34,738 nt of DNA from a bacterium (GTDB taxonomy: Bacteria > Zhuqueibacterota > Zhuqueibacteria > Oceanimicrobiales > Oceanimicrobiaceae): contig JBHHXT010000036.1 of the NCBI GenBank assembly GCA_046757165.1, positions 1 to 34,738 of the forward strand. The letters run 5' to 3'. The notes under the pieces were generated by a model. It did no database searches. It had not been told where the DNA came from and worked only from the letters and a program-made list of their open reading frames with translations. Position 1 is the stretch's first letter; the number at the start of each line of letters is the position of its first letter. A program made the position numbers and the translations under genes. Positions 1-9,393 of this stretch are shown here, in pieces.

Positions 1-15
1 GCCAACGGCCAACCA

Positions 16-2466
16 CTAAAACTGAAACCTGACCGAACCCATGGCCCTGCGTCCGTTCACGGAGCCGCCAAACAGCTCATAGTGTCTATTATTCAGCAGG
101 TTGGTGACGGCTATCCCCAACCGTGTTTTGGTCGCAATTTCGTAGCCGGCCGCCAGATTGACAACGGCGTATGACGGCACGCGCCCGTGAAAAATTCCCG
201 CCGCCCAGGTGAACTCGTCGACGTATTTCAGGGCAACACTGAGATCGAGGCCGGACGGCTTCTGGTACGAAACCTCCAGGTTGACTTTGTGTCGGGGCGT
301 GTTCGGTAACAGGCGGTCGCCGGCGGCTTTGTCCTGGATGTCGAAGTCGAAATAGGTGTAGTTGCCGCGCAAACTCAGCTCATCGGAAAAACGGTGGCTC
401 AGACCGATCTCCACACCCCATTCATCAACCCGGCCGGCGTTGGAGTACGAGGTCACGAACGCTTGCGAGCCATCCGGCAAGGTGGAAAACCCGGGCTCGA
501 GACGCTCGGCAATCATTTGCTCAGCAATCTGGCGCCAGGAGTCCGGCAGCCCCGCGGGCAGCTCGTAAGCCGGAAAATCGGGATTGACGCCGGGAAGCAG
601 GTCGGTGACAAAATCAGTCAGCCGGTTGAGATAGACGTCCACGGTGAAAAACCACTTCCTGGCCGGCACGCCTTTGTACCCAATTTCGACCCCGGTGATT
701 TTTTCAACCTCGAGATTGCGGTTGCCGAGCGCCAGCCGCGGGGTGAGGCCAAACTCGAGCGGCAAGTCCACGCTGCCGCGCGGCCGGTTCTCGGCCAGCT
801 CGATAGCCAGCTCGATGTCCTGCTCCAAAACAGCCAGATCCACGGGTGGGCCGGCTGGCGCCCGGATAAAGAATTCGGCGTAGTTGGGCGTCTGGAAGGC
901 GCGGTTGAAGGTCAGGCGCAGGGTGTGCTGTGGCGTGGGAGAAAACACCAGGGCTGCTTTTGGAGAAATCTGCGTCTCGTGCAGCGTACTGCGGTCTAGG
1001 CGTCCGGCGGCCACCAGGGCCACTTTTTTTGACAAGTTGACCTCCAACTGCGCGAACAGTCCGGACTGGTTTTCATCGTACGTTTCCGGTGTGAATGTCC
1101 TTTCGGTATCGACATGCTGAAAACGGTGTGAAGCGCCCCAGATGATTCGCAATTGTTCGTTCAAGAGCGAGAAGTTGTTCTGAAACTGAAAATTGAGGTC
1201 ATGCGAGTTTTCTCGAAATCGCATGACCGAGTTGAGGGCGCGCTGGTGGCCGCTCAATGTTTTGCGCCCGTTGTAGTCTGCCTGAAAAAAGGCGTGCTCT
1301 GAGGTATAGTTCAACCGGGCCCAGGGCCGGACAACTTCGTCGACCTGGATGCGACCGATGCCGGTGACAAAGACCTGATCTTCTGCTTGCGTGACCCCGG
1401 CCTCGGCCGTGAGCACACTCCCGCGGGAGAAATTATAGTCCACCCTGCCGGAAGCGTAAACCCTGCTCAGATCTCCATCATCCAGAGGGATGAACTCCGT
1501 TGGCAGTCCGGGGTATGCTTTCTTGTCGAGCTCTTCCTGTGGCAGGTTGCGCGATTGGCTCCAGGTCTCGCTGCGGGTGGCGCCGACGTGGAATTTGTAG
1601 CCCCAGGGCTCGTGAAAGCCGGCGTGCCGGAAATCGCCGAGCACGGTGTTGAGCTCGCCCATGGCGACGGTCACTTGCGTACCTGTGATTTGCTCCGGGG
1701 GTGGTGTCCGAATATTCAGGACGCCTGAGAAGGCGTTGGCGCCGTAGAGTGCCGCGCCCGGGCCCCGGACGAACTCCAGCTCGCCTAGGCCGTCCAGCGG
1801 AAAACTGTAGCTGTTCCACTCCTGCGCCAACAGCAGGGCCATGGCGGTTTCGCGGTTGTCCAGCAGGACCAGCACGCGGCGGTTGAGGGGTGAGTTGAAG
1901 CCCCGCGCGTTGATGTTGAAATCATGGATGCCGTTTTGCACCACATCGACGCCGGGTTCGAGGGCAAACAGGGCGGGAATCTGGCTGGTGGTGGCAAATT
2001 GATGCACGTGCAAGGGCGTCAGTTTGCTGACGGCGGCCGGCGCCTCCGTGATCCTTTGCAGTTTTTTGGAAACGCCAATCACCAGAATGTCGTCCAGCGG
2101 AATCACCTCCTGTGCCAAAGCAATGTTCAGAGCGGTCGTGTCGCCCGAGTTGACCACGACATTGGTGAGCTGGACATTCTGGTAGCCCACTGCCGAAAAC
2201 TGCACCACATAACTTCCCGGAGCAAGTTCGCAGATGATGAAATCGCCACCCCGCAGGGTAGCTGTGCCGGCACGCTGACCCTTGATGAGGACGTTAACGT
2301 CTGCCAGGCCACGCCGGGTTTTCGCGTTTCGCACCTGTCCGGAGATGCAGCCGGTTTCGTCTGCAGAAACCGAGAAGTCAGGTGTCTTCAAGAACGCCAG
2401 CCCCAATACCATCATGGCGAGCAGGCGCTGGTTTCTTTTTTCCAAAATGAACCACTCGCTGCGCAT
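16..2466 (-). CDS. TonB-dependent outer-membrane receptor with N-terminal CarboxypepD_reg-like domain
   Basis: Signal-like N-terminus; ISGQVRNAKT..GSYVVQFSAVGY domain; plug motifs (INARGFN, LVLLDNR, EFVRGPGAALYGANAFSGVLNI); C-terminal NLLNNRHYE...VRFQF with terminal Phe. Start uncertain: ORF is open to 2520, ATG at 2466 chosen. Confidence 0.9.
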   Translation of the reverse strand: MRSEWFILEKRNQRLLAMMVLGLAFLKTPDFSVSADETGCISGQVRNAKTRRGLADVNVLIKGQRAGTATLRGGDFIICELAPGSYVVQFSAVGYQNVQLTNVVVNSGDTTALNIALAQEVIPLDDILVIGVSKKLQRITEAPAAVSKLTPLHVHQFATTSQIPALFALEPGVDVVQNGIHDFNINARGFNSPLNRRVLVLLDNRETAMALLLAQEWNSYSFPLDGLGELEFVRGPGAALYGANAFSGVLNIRTPPPEQITGTQVTVAMGELNTVLGDFRHAGFHEPWGYKFHVGATRSETWSQSRNLPQEELDKKAYPGLPTEFIPLDDGDLSRVYASGRVDYNFSRGSVLTAEAGVTQAEDQVFVTGIGRIQVDEVVRPWARLNYTSEHAFFQADYNGRKTLSGHQRALNSVMRFRENSHDLNFQFQNNFSLLNEQLRIIWGASHRFQHVDTERTFTPETYDENQSGLFAQLEVNLSKKVALVAAGRLDRSTLHETQISPKAALVFSPTPQHTLRLTFNRAFQTPNYAEFFIRAPAGPPVDLAVLEQDIELAIELAENRPRGSVDLPLEFGLTPRLALGNRNLEVEKITGVEIGYKGVPARKWFFTVDVYLNRLTDFVTDLLPGVNPDFPAYELPAGLPDSWRQIAEQMIAERLEPGFSTLPDGSQAFVTSYSNAGRVDEWGVEIGLSHRFSDELSLRGNYTYFDFDIQDKAAGDRLLPNTPRHKVNLEVSYQKPSGLDLSVALKYVDEFTWAAGIFHGRVPSYAVVNLAAGYEIATKTRLGIAVTNLLNNRHYELFGGSVNGRRAMGSVRFQF

Positions 2467-2597
2467 GGTGACCGAATTGTGCCATTTTCCAGCAAACCAA
2501 TGCCAGTCAGACCAGAACAAAGATTAGTACTTCTCACAACAAGAAGCAATAAAATACTTGACTTATCCCTGGCCTTTCGTGACTATTCAGGTGTTTC

Positions 2598-2650
2598 GAC
2601 TGCGGGCTTTCGGCTGTTAGGTTCTTCCTACAGCCTAAAAGTCTACAGTC
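2598..2650. repeat. Imperfect inverted repeat (GACTG..GGCTG.TAGG / CCTACAGCC..CTACAGTC)
   Basis: Left arm gactgcgggctttcggctgttagg (2598-2621) pairs imperfectly with cctacagcctaaaagtctacagtc (2627-2650). Confidence 0.55.
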
Positions 2651-2689
2651 TATCGGCCTGGGTTGAGAACGTTGTGTGCAAAAAAAGAC

Positions 2690-2718
2690 TTGCTTTTTAT
2701 CGACAAAACGGTTAGTTT
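2690..2718 (+). promoter_or_regulatory. Candidate sigma70 promoter for the second TonB receptor
   Basis: TTGCTT (2690-2695), 17-bp spacer, TAGTTT (2713-2718), preceded by an A-tract. Confidence 0.3.
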
Positions 2719-2846
2719 TTGATCAATTCCGATCCTTTCTCGTTCGTAACAGTCCTGTTAAGTTCTAAAAAGTACACAAGTTCAGTTCGAAAACCATTTT
2801 CTTTTAATCTATTTCATTTACCAACATAAGGAAGGGAGGACAAATC

Positions 2847-5720
2847 ATGGTAGCTACACAGTTGAACCGGAGGATTTCCTTTTGTTTCTGCACGCTGTTG
2901 GTTTGTATGATGGCACTGCCGGTGTTTGGGCAAAATGCGACGTTGACCGGCACGGTGACGGACGCTGAGACCGGAGAGGCATTGCCTGGCGCCAATGTGA
3001 CCGTGACCTCGGGCACGGCCCAAACCGGAGCCGCAACCTCGATGTCAGGGGATTTCGAAGTACGGGGGATTCGACCCGGCACCTACTCGATTCGGGTGAG
3101 TTTCATTGGCTATGAAGCCTACGAGATGGCGGATGTTGTGTTGTCAGGCGGCGAGACCCTGTCGATTGAGGTGGCGTTGCAACCGGTGGGCCTTCAAATG
3201 AACCCGATTTCTGTCTCCGCGTCAAGGCGCCCGGAAAAAGTCCTGGAAGCCCCGGCCTCTGTTGCCGTCTTGCAGACCCGGGAAATCCAGGCACGCCCGG
3301 TTCTGACCTCTACCGAACATTTGAAAACGGTCCCGGGGGTCGATGTGGCAAGCACGGGTCTGAACCAATCGAATGTCGTGGTCCGGGGTTTCAATAATAT
3401 CTTTTCAGGCTCGATGCTGGTCCTGGTCGACAATCGCATTGCCCGCGTCCCGGGCCTGCGCTTCAACGCCTACAACTTCATCTCGAGCACCAATGAAGAT
3501 ATGGAGCAGTTCGAGGTGGTCCTCGGACCTGGCGCGGCCTTGTACGGTCCGAATGCGGCAAACGGGGTGTTTCATATGATTACGAAATCGCCCTTTGGTT
3601 CTGAGGGAACCACCGTCAGCGTGGGCGGCGGCGAACGGGACCTCTTTATGGCCTCTCTCAGACATGCGGGTTCGGTCAACGGCAAGTTTGGCTACAAAAT
3701 TTCAGCGCAGTATTATCAGGGCACAGACTGGAAACATACAGACCCCGCTGAACCCGATTCCATTATCAAGGTCAACGCCGGCCCCGAGGGCGTTGAAGCG
3801 GTCACTGGCCTGGTGCCGAACAAACGAGACTTCGATATCGAAAAATTATCTGCTGAAATCCGGTTGGACTTCCGCCCGACGGATGATTTTTCGGCGATTT
3901 TCGCCGGCGGTATCAATCAAGGCAGCTCAGTCGAGCTCACCGGTATCGGCGCGTCGCAGGTGATCGATTGGACCTACTCGTTCGTTCAGGCGAGGTTCAG
4001 ATATAAGGATTTGTTTTTGCAAAGCTATGCGAATTTCAGCAACGCAGGAGATTCCTTTAATCTTCGCTCTGGCATCCTGGTCCAGGATGAATCGAAGTTC
4101 ATCGTTGTCGGCGCGCAGCACAGTTACCGCTTCGGGGACAAACAACGCTTTACGTACGGATTCGACGGTCTCTTTACACGCCCGGATACCAAAGGCACCA
4201 TCAATGGCCGCAACGAAGACGATGACAATTTTACCGAGCTGGGCGTCTATCTGCAATCTGATACGGACCTGAGCTCGAAGTTCAAATTTGTGGCCGCGGG
4301 CCGCATTGACAAGCACAGCGAGCTCGACGACCCTGTCTTCTCCCCGCGCGCAGCCCTGGTTTTCAAGCCATCGGCAACGGACAATTTCCGCTTTACTTAC
4401 AACAAAGCCTTTAGCAACCCGAGCGCTCTGAATTTGTCGCTGGATCTTTTGCAGGCGCGTGATGCATTTGGAACCGGCGCGGCTTTTGAGCCATTCTTCC
4501 CTTTTTCCCCGAACTTCGATATTAGAGTGCAGGGGGTTCCCAGCACCGGGTTCCATTTCAGAAGGGATGGGAGTGGCAACTTCATGTTCCGCTCTCCCTT
4601 TGCACCGGTGGCCGGGTTGTCAAAATCAGATTTCATCCCACTCAATGATCCGGTGTTTACCAACGTCATGTGGGGGGTCGGCAGCGGCGCGGTTTCAGCG
4701 CAGCTGATCCCGCAGTTTGTGGCTGGTCTGGTGGCGGCGGGTATCCCGCCGGCGACGGCGCAGGCCCTGGGGGGACAGTTGCAGGCCATCGTGCCAGGCA
4801 CGGTCAGCAATGTGAATAACGTCATGGCATCGTTCAATCTGGATCCGAACAACCCGCAATTCTTGCCAGACACGCCTTTTGACGTGCCGCAAATCAAAGA
4901 ATCCTCCACCCAGACCCTCGAGCTGGGGTACAAAGGCATCATTGCTGAAAAACTCGTCGTGGGAATCGACGGCTATTACACCAAGATAGAAGATTTTGTC
5001 AGCCCCCTTCTGAACGTGACGCCCACCGTGTTCCTGGACCCGGCAACCCTGGCGGCTTCTGTTGGCGCGCAATTTGGCGCAGCTCTGGCTGATCCCGCAA
5101 ATGCGGGCCTCGCCGGCGCTCTGGTGGCCGCTCTGGATAATCCGGCAGCAGGCGGCAATGGCAATGGCTCGGCGGTTGACGAATTGACCACCCTTTATGT
5201 CGGAGGCGCTGCCCAAATACCGTACGGCACCGTGACCCCGGAAGAGGCTTTTGACCCCAATGCTGTCATGGTCACCTACCGCAACTTTGGGGAAGTCGAT
5301 TTCTTTGGCCTGGACCTGAGTTTGTCCTATTTTATCAATAATAATTGGACAATTACGGGGAATTACTCCTTCGTCAGTGAGGATTTCTACAAGAATCTCG
5401 ATGGGATCGACAACATCGCACTCAACGCGCCAAAGCACAAGTTCGGTGGCTCCCTGACTTATAAGAACCCCGAATCCGGATTCGATGCCAATCTGCGCTT
5501 GCGGTTTGTCGACTCATTCCCGGTGCAGACGGGCACCTTTGTGGGGAAAGTCGACAGCTACTCTGTTTTGGACCTGACCGCGAACTACAAGCTGCCGTTT
5601 TCGCAAAACACCAACCTGAGCTTGACTGTACAGAATCTTGCAGATAACGAGCACAGGGAAATGGTTGGCGCGCCCCAAATTGGCAGACTCGGCATTGTTC
5701 GACTGACGCAAAGTTTCTAG
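2847..5720 (+). CDS. TonB-dependent outer-membrane receptor (957 aa)
   Basis: RBS aggaagggagg; signal peptide; LTGTVTDAETGEALPGANV..GTYSIRVSFIGY domain; plug VVRGFNN, EVVLGPGAALYGPNAANGVFHMITK; ends VRLTQSF. Confidence 0.93.
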   Translation: MVATQLNRRISFCFCTLLVCMMALPVFGQNATLTGTVTDAETGEALPGANVTVTSGTAQTGAATSMSGDFEVRGIRPGTYSIRVSFIGYEAYEMADVVLSGGETLSIEVALQPVGLQMNPISVSASRRPEKVLEAPASVAVLQTREIQARPVLTSTEHLKTVPGVDVASTGLNQSNVVVRGFNNIFSGSMLVLVDNRIARVPGLRFNAYNFISSTNEDMEQFEVVLGPGAALYGPNAANGVFHMITKSPFGSEGTTVSVGGGERDLFMASLRHAGSVNGKFGYKISAQYYQGTDWKHTDPAEPDSIIKVNAGPEGVEAVTGLVPNKRDFDIEKLSAEIRLDFRPTDDFSAIFAGGINQGSSVELTGIGASQVIDWTYSFVQARFRYKDLFLQSYANFSNAGDSFNLRSGILVQDESKFIVVGAQHSYRFGDKQRFTYGFDGLFTRPDTKGTINGRNEDDDNFTELGVYLQSDTDLSSKFKFVAAGRIDKHSELDDPVFSPRAALVFKPSATDNFRFTYNKAFSNPSALNLSLDLLQARDAFGTGAAFEPFFPFSPNFDIRVQGVPSTGFHFRRDGSGNFMFRSPFAPVAGLSKSDFIPLNDPVFTNVMWGVGSGAVSAQLIPQFVAGLVAAGIPPATAQALGGQLQAIVPGTVSNVNNVMASFNLDPNNPQFLPDTPFDVPQIKESSTQTLELGYKGIIAEKLVVGIDGYYTKIEDFVSPLLNVTPTVFLDPATLAASVGAQFGAALADPANAGLAGALVAALDNPAAGGNGNGSAVDELTTLYVGGAAQIPYGTVTPEEAFDPNAVMVTYRNFGEVDFFGLDLSLSYFINNNWTITGNYSFVSEDFYKNLDGIDNIALNAPKHKFGGSLTYKNPESGFDANLRLRFVDSFPVQTGTFVGKVDSYSVLDLTANYKLPFSQNTNLSLTVQNLADNEHREMVGAPQIGRLGIVRLTQSF

Positions 5721-5733
5721 GCGGAAGGATTCC

Positions 5734-5923
5734 GGGCTGTCCTAAAAGGTGCCAGAATGTTGTCATTTCGAGCGGAGCGAGAAATCTGACCGTGAGACAA
5801 GTGTCGCCATAAGCTAATATGTTACCAGACGTTACGACTTGTTCCTCAACAGATTCCTCCCAGAGCCTGCACTGAGCGGAGTCGAAGTGGTCGGAATGAC
5901 AACGGGGCCTTTTTGGACAGCCC
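5734..5923. mobile_element. MITE-like non-autonomous element with terminal inverted repeats and nested REP-like palindromes
   Basis: Left end GGGCTGTCCTAAAAGG..GTTGTCATTTCGA; reverse complement of right end GGGCTGTCCAAAAAGG..GTTGTCATTCCGA. Internal GAGCGGAGCGAGAAATCT / AGATTCCTC and CTGAGCGGAGTCGAAG motifs. No transposase. Confidence 0.6.
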
Positions 5924-5984
5924 CTCAGGAATCAGCCTGGCTGAGTTGCTCGTCAGGAGATTCCTGTACCTGGCAGGAATTCGC

Positions 5985-6028
5985 AACTCCCGGCCATTTT
6001 CCATCGAAAGGCCGGGAGTTTTTATTTT
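5985..6028 (+). terminator. Rho-independent terminator after the second TonB receptor
   Basis: Perfect 11-bp stem aactcccggcc / ggccgggagtt followed by tttatttt. Confidence 0.75.
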
Positions 6029-6054
6029 GGGCGCTAATCTCATACGTATTTAAT

Positions 6055-6134
6055 CTCACGCAAAGACGCCGAGGGCGCAGAGTTTGTTTGTTCTTGACCT
6101 TCATTTCTCTGCGGACTTTGCGGCTTTGCGTGAG
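6055..6134. repeat. 28-bp inverted repeat built from CGCAAAG units (REP-like)
   Basis: ctcacgcaaagacgccgagggcgcagag (6055-6082) versus ctctgcggactttgcggctttgcgtgag (6107-6134), 5 mismatches. Confidence 0.7.
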
Positions 6135-6341
6135 GCGATATGTCATCGAATTCATGAAAACCAGTACTTAGTACCTTTTCGTATGTGAAAATAAAATCAC
6201 CATTCGTTCCAAATACGTTATGTTTTGAAATCTGTGTCTTATCAGTGTAAATCCGTGGCTTTCTTTTTATGGCGGTTTTGAAAAAGTTTGCATTTTTGTG
6301 CAAGACTTTGCCTGTAGTGCAATTAACAGGGACAAGAGACC

Positions 6342-9146
6342 ATGCGATCGATATGGAAAAGCAGACGAACTTTTTTCGTGTTTTTTCAGGAGATGGGGGT
6401 CACGATTTGTGTTCTTCTTTTTTTCGGGCTGCACAACACGCTTCTTGCCCAGGGCGGCATCCTGAGCGGAACGGTCCGGGACGCGGAGACAAGAACCGGT
6501 TTGCCCGGGGCCAATGTGGTGGTCACGGCAGAGAACGTCCAAACCGGCGCGGCCACAGATTCGAACGGCAACTTTGAAGTCAAGAATCTTGCGCCCGGGG
6601 CTTACACCGTTTCCGTGAGCTTCATTGGCTACGCCACGGAAACGCTGAGCCTCGAGGTTGCGGAGAAGCAAACCAGAACCCTGAACATCTTCTTGACGCC
6701 GACAGGCATTACGCTCAATCCGATCTCCATTTCAGCTTCGCGCCGGCCGGAAAAGACGCTCTCTGCTCCCGCCTCCATCACCGTTCTGGAGCCGCGCGAG
6801 ATTATGACGGATGTCTCACCGTCCTCGGCTGCGACCCTGCGCAATGTCACGGGCGTGGATATGGCCAGCACCGGGATCGATCGCAAAGAGATCGTCTTGC
6901 GGGGATTCGGCAATGCCTTCTCCGGCGCGACTTACATCCTGACCGATTACCGCCGGGCAGCCGTGCCCTCACTGGACGTCAACCTGCACTCGATCATGCC
7001 CAACATGGCCATCGACCTGGAGAGAATCGAAGTGGTGCGCGGCCCGGGGTCGGCCTTGTATGGCGCCGGCGTCGATGCCGGCGTTATTCATTATATCACC
7101 AAAGATCCGTTCGACCAGCCCGGAACGACCCTCTCCTTCGCCGGCGGACAACGCTCGAGTCTGTTCAGCAACTTCAGACATGCCGGTGTGGTGGGGGCGA
7201 GGCTCGGATACAAGATCACCGGGCAATATGCCGAGGCAAACGATTGGGCGCTCGACCCAACAGACTCCCTCGATGCGGTTCAGTTGCGCAGCGATTCGCC
7301 GGGCCTGAGGCGAAATACCTCATACCAGAAGTTCAATTTGAACGGCCTGCTTGAATACAAATTTGGCGAGTCGACAACGCTGACGGCCAATGCCGGTTTC
7401 TCGACGTTGGACGCGACCTTGCTTTCTGGCATCGGAACGGTGCAGGCGGAAAATTTTGGCTATGCTTATGGGCAAATGCGATTTCGGGCGGGAAACTTCT
7501 TCGCGCAAGCCTATTTGAACAAGAATGATGCCGGGGAGTCTTTCATCTACGGCACCGGCAATACCGTCATCGACAAATCGACCTTGTTCAACGTGCAAGC
7601 ACAGTATGATCTGGAAATGGCCGCAGGGCGCCAGCAGCTCATTCTGGGGGTGGATTACGACCGCACGACACCGGTGACAGAGCGCTCGATCTTTGGCATC
7701 AATGAGGAAAATGATCTCATTTCTGAAGTGGGTGTTTATGCCCAATCTTTGACCGAGCTGAGCCCTAAGCTGGATCTCACCGTCGCGCTCCGGGCAGACT
7801 ACAACAACATCGAAGAGAGCTTTCAAGTGTCGCCGCGCGCAGCGCTGGTTTTCAAGCCCACGGCCAGACACAGTGTTCGGGCGACTTACAACCGGGCCTA
7901 CGATTTACCCGCGGCAAATTCATTGTTCCTGGATATCGTAGCGCAAGTCGACACGCTCGCCCCCGGGATGGTGATCACCCGCCGGGGTCTGGGGTCGATA
8001 CGAGGATACACCTTTGACCGGGCGGCCCGGAATGGCGGCATCGTCGCTTCCGGGCTCCTTCCCGTTGAAACCGTTTTTGGCCTGGAGTTGCGCTACTCCG
8101 GCGTCGGCGTGCCGACACGCAATATCGCGTTCAGGGATGTTTATAGCGTGATCTATAGCAATCTGAGCGCCATTCCAACCGAGGAAATCCAGACGTTGTT
8201 GGCCGAAAATGGCATCGTTCTGGACCAGCAGGCGGTCGACCTGCTGCTGGCGCTCCTGAGCCCGCGCTTCACGGTTATCACGGACAGCGCGAGCACCGAA
8301 ATTGAATTCGCCCCGGTTGATGTTGCCCCTTTGAAATCGACCATCACGCATAGTGTGGAGCTCGGGTACAAAGGATTGATTGGAGAGCGCTTGCTCTTTG
8401 CTGTGGACGGCTACTACTCAATCAAGAAGAACTTCATCAGCGGCGTCACGAAATTGACTCCCCAGGCCGTTTACTCTAATTTCAGAGGAGAGTTCGTTCC
8501 GGCGCTGTCTACCGCCATCAGAAGGAATGTCATCTTGAACGCCGCGCTCGAAGCCAACGATGTCTCGTCACAGCAAGCAGCAGAATTGATTGCCCAGCTC
8601 GCCGTCCAGGGCGGAGTCGAAGAGCTTGGGGTCGGCGTGGTGCAGACTGACCAATTTCAAACCCCCGGCCAGATTCTGGGGGCGTTTCGCAATTTCGGCA
8701 GTGTCCAGTTCTGGGGGTTCGATGTGACCGTGCAATATATGGCCAGCGATTTTCTCAGCTTCTTCGGCAACCTCTCCTTCGTCAGCGATGATTTTTTTGA
8801 TGACGACGAGCTGGACGAGGCGGGCAGCGGACTGCAAGTTGCGCTCAATGCAACCGGCTTCAAATGGAAGACCGGCTTGACCTACAACCGACCCCGGGGA
8901 GTTTCTTTGACCTCCTCTTTTCGGTACATCAAAGGCTTCCCGGTCCTCTCCGGGCCGTACTCCGGCAGGGTTGAGAGTTACTATTTATGGGACGCGGGTG
9001 CCGGCTATGACTTTGGACGCTACCTCAAAGGGCTCCGTCTGGACGTCATGGTTCAGAACGTGCTCGACAAAGAGCATCGTGAATTCATCGGCGCCCCTGA
9101 GATCGGCCGGCTGGGGCTGGCGCGGTTGAGCTACACGCTGCCGTAA
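6342..9146 (+). CDS. TonB-dependent outer-membrane receptor (934 aa), paralog of 2847-5720
   Basis: LSGTVRDAETRTGLPGANV..GAYTVSVSFIGY; SISASRRPEK; EVVRGPGSALYG; C-terminal VQNVLDKEHREFIGAPEIGRLGL closely matches the upstream paralog. Confidence 0.93.
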   Translation: MRSIWKSRRTFFVFFQEMGVTICVLLFFGLHNTLLAQGGILSGTVRDAETRTGLPGANVVVTAENVQTGAATDSNGNFEVKNLAPGAYTVSVSFIGYATETLSLEVAEKQTRTLNIFLTPTGITLNPISISASRRPEKTLSAPASITVLEPREIMTDVSPSSAATLRNVTGVDMASTGIDRKEIVLRGFGNAFSGATYILTDYRRAAVPSLDVNLHSIMPNMAIDLERIEVVRGPGSALYGAGVDAGVIHYITKDPFDQPGTTLSFAGGQRSSLFSNFRHAGVVGARLGYKITGQYAEANDWALDPTDSLDAVQLRSDSPGLRRNTSYQKFNLNGLLEYKFGESTTLTANAGFSTLDATLLSGIGTVQAENFGYAYGQMRFRAGNFFAQAYLNKNDAGESFIYGTGNTVIDKSTLFNVQAQYDLEMAAGRQQLILGVDYDRTTPVTERSIFGINEENDLISEVGVYAQSLTELSPKLDLTVALRADYNNIEESFQVSPRAALVFKPTARHSVRATYNRAYDLPAANSLFLDIVAQVDTLAPGMVITRRGLGSIRGYTFDRAARNGGIVASGLLPVETVFGLELRYSGVGVPTRNIAFRDVYSVIYSNLSAIPTEEIQTLLAENGIVLDQQAVDLLLALLSPRFTVITDSASTEIEFAPVDVAPLKSTITHSVELGYKGLIGERLLFAVDGYYSIKKNFISGVTKLTPQAVYSNFRGEFVPALSTAIRRNVILNAALEANDVSSQQAAELIAQLAVQGGVEELGVGVVQTDQFQTPGQILGAFRNFGSVQFWGFDVTVQYMASDFLSFFGNLSFVSDDFFDDDELDEAGSGLQVALNATGFKWKTGLTYNRPRGVSLTSSFRYIKGFPVLSGPYSGRVESYYLWDAGAGYDFGRYLKGLRLDVMVQNVLDKEHREFIGAPEIGRLGLARLSYTLP

Positions 9147-9250
9147 GAGGGCTATCCACGGGTTCGGGTGTTCAGGCTCAGGGTGTTCACGCTTTAGCGT
9201 GTTTTCCCCTCACTTTGGCCAAGAATTGACACGAATGGCCACGAATGTCT

Positions 9251-9355
9251 GATTCCAACGCTCTGCGTTGGAATCCCGGTTCGACGCTCTGCGTCCCGTT
9301 AATTGACGCGGCGCGTCAAACTCTGGTTCCCACGCGGCGGGAGCGTGGGAACCAG
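9251..9355. repeat. Cluster of four REP-like hairpins (ACGCTCTGCGT / GTTCCCACGC..GCGTGGGAAC type) between convergent genes
   Basis: Hairpins at 9251-9275 (gattccaacgc-tct-gcgttggaatc), 9283-9295, 9303-9319 and 9323-9355 (ctggttcccacgc..gcgtgggaaccag). Confidence 0.75.
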
Positions 9356-9393
9356 TATTTGGTTCTCCATCCAAATTCTCGTGATCTCAGAGT

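Noticed and set aside
2788..2802. Possible Fur box (CGAAAACCATTTTCT) upstream of receptor 2
   Set aside because: Only about 9 of 14 positions match the 7-1-7 consensus in an AT-rich region; too weak.
5839..6303. Small ORFs in the spacer between receptors 2 and 3
   Set aside because: They are translations of palindromic repeats and a terminator, with no protein features.
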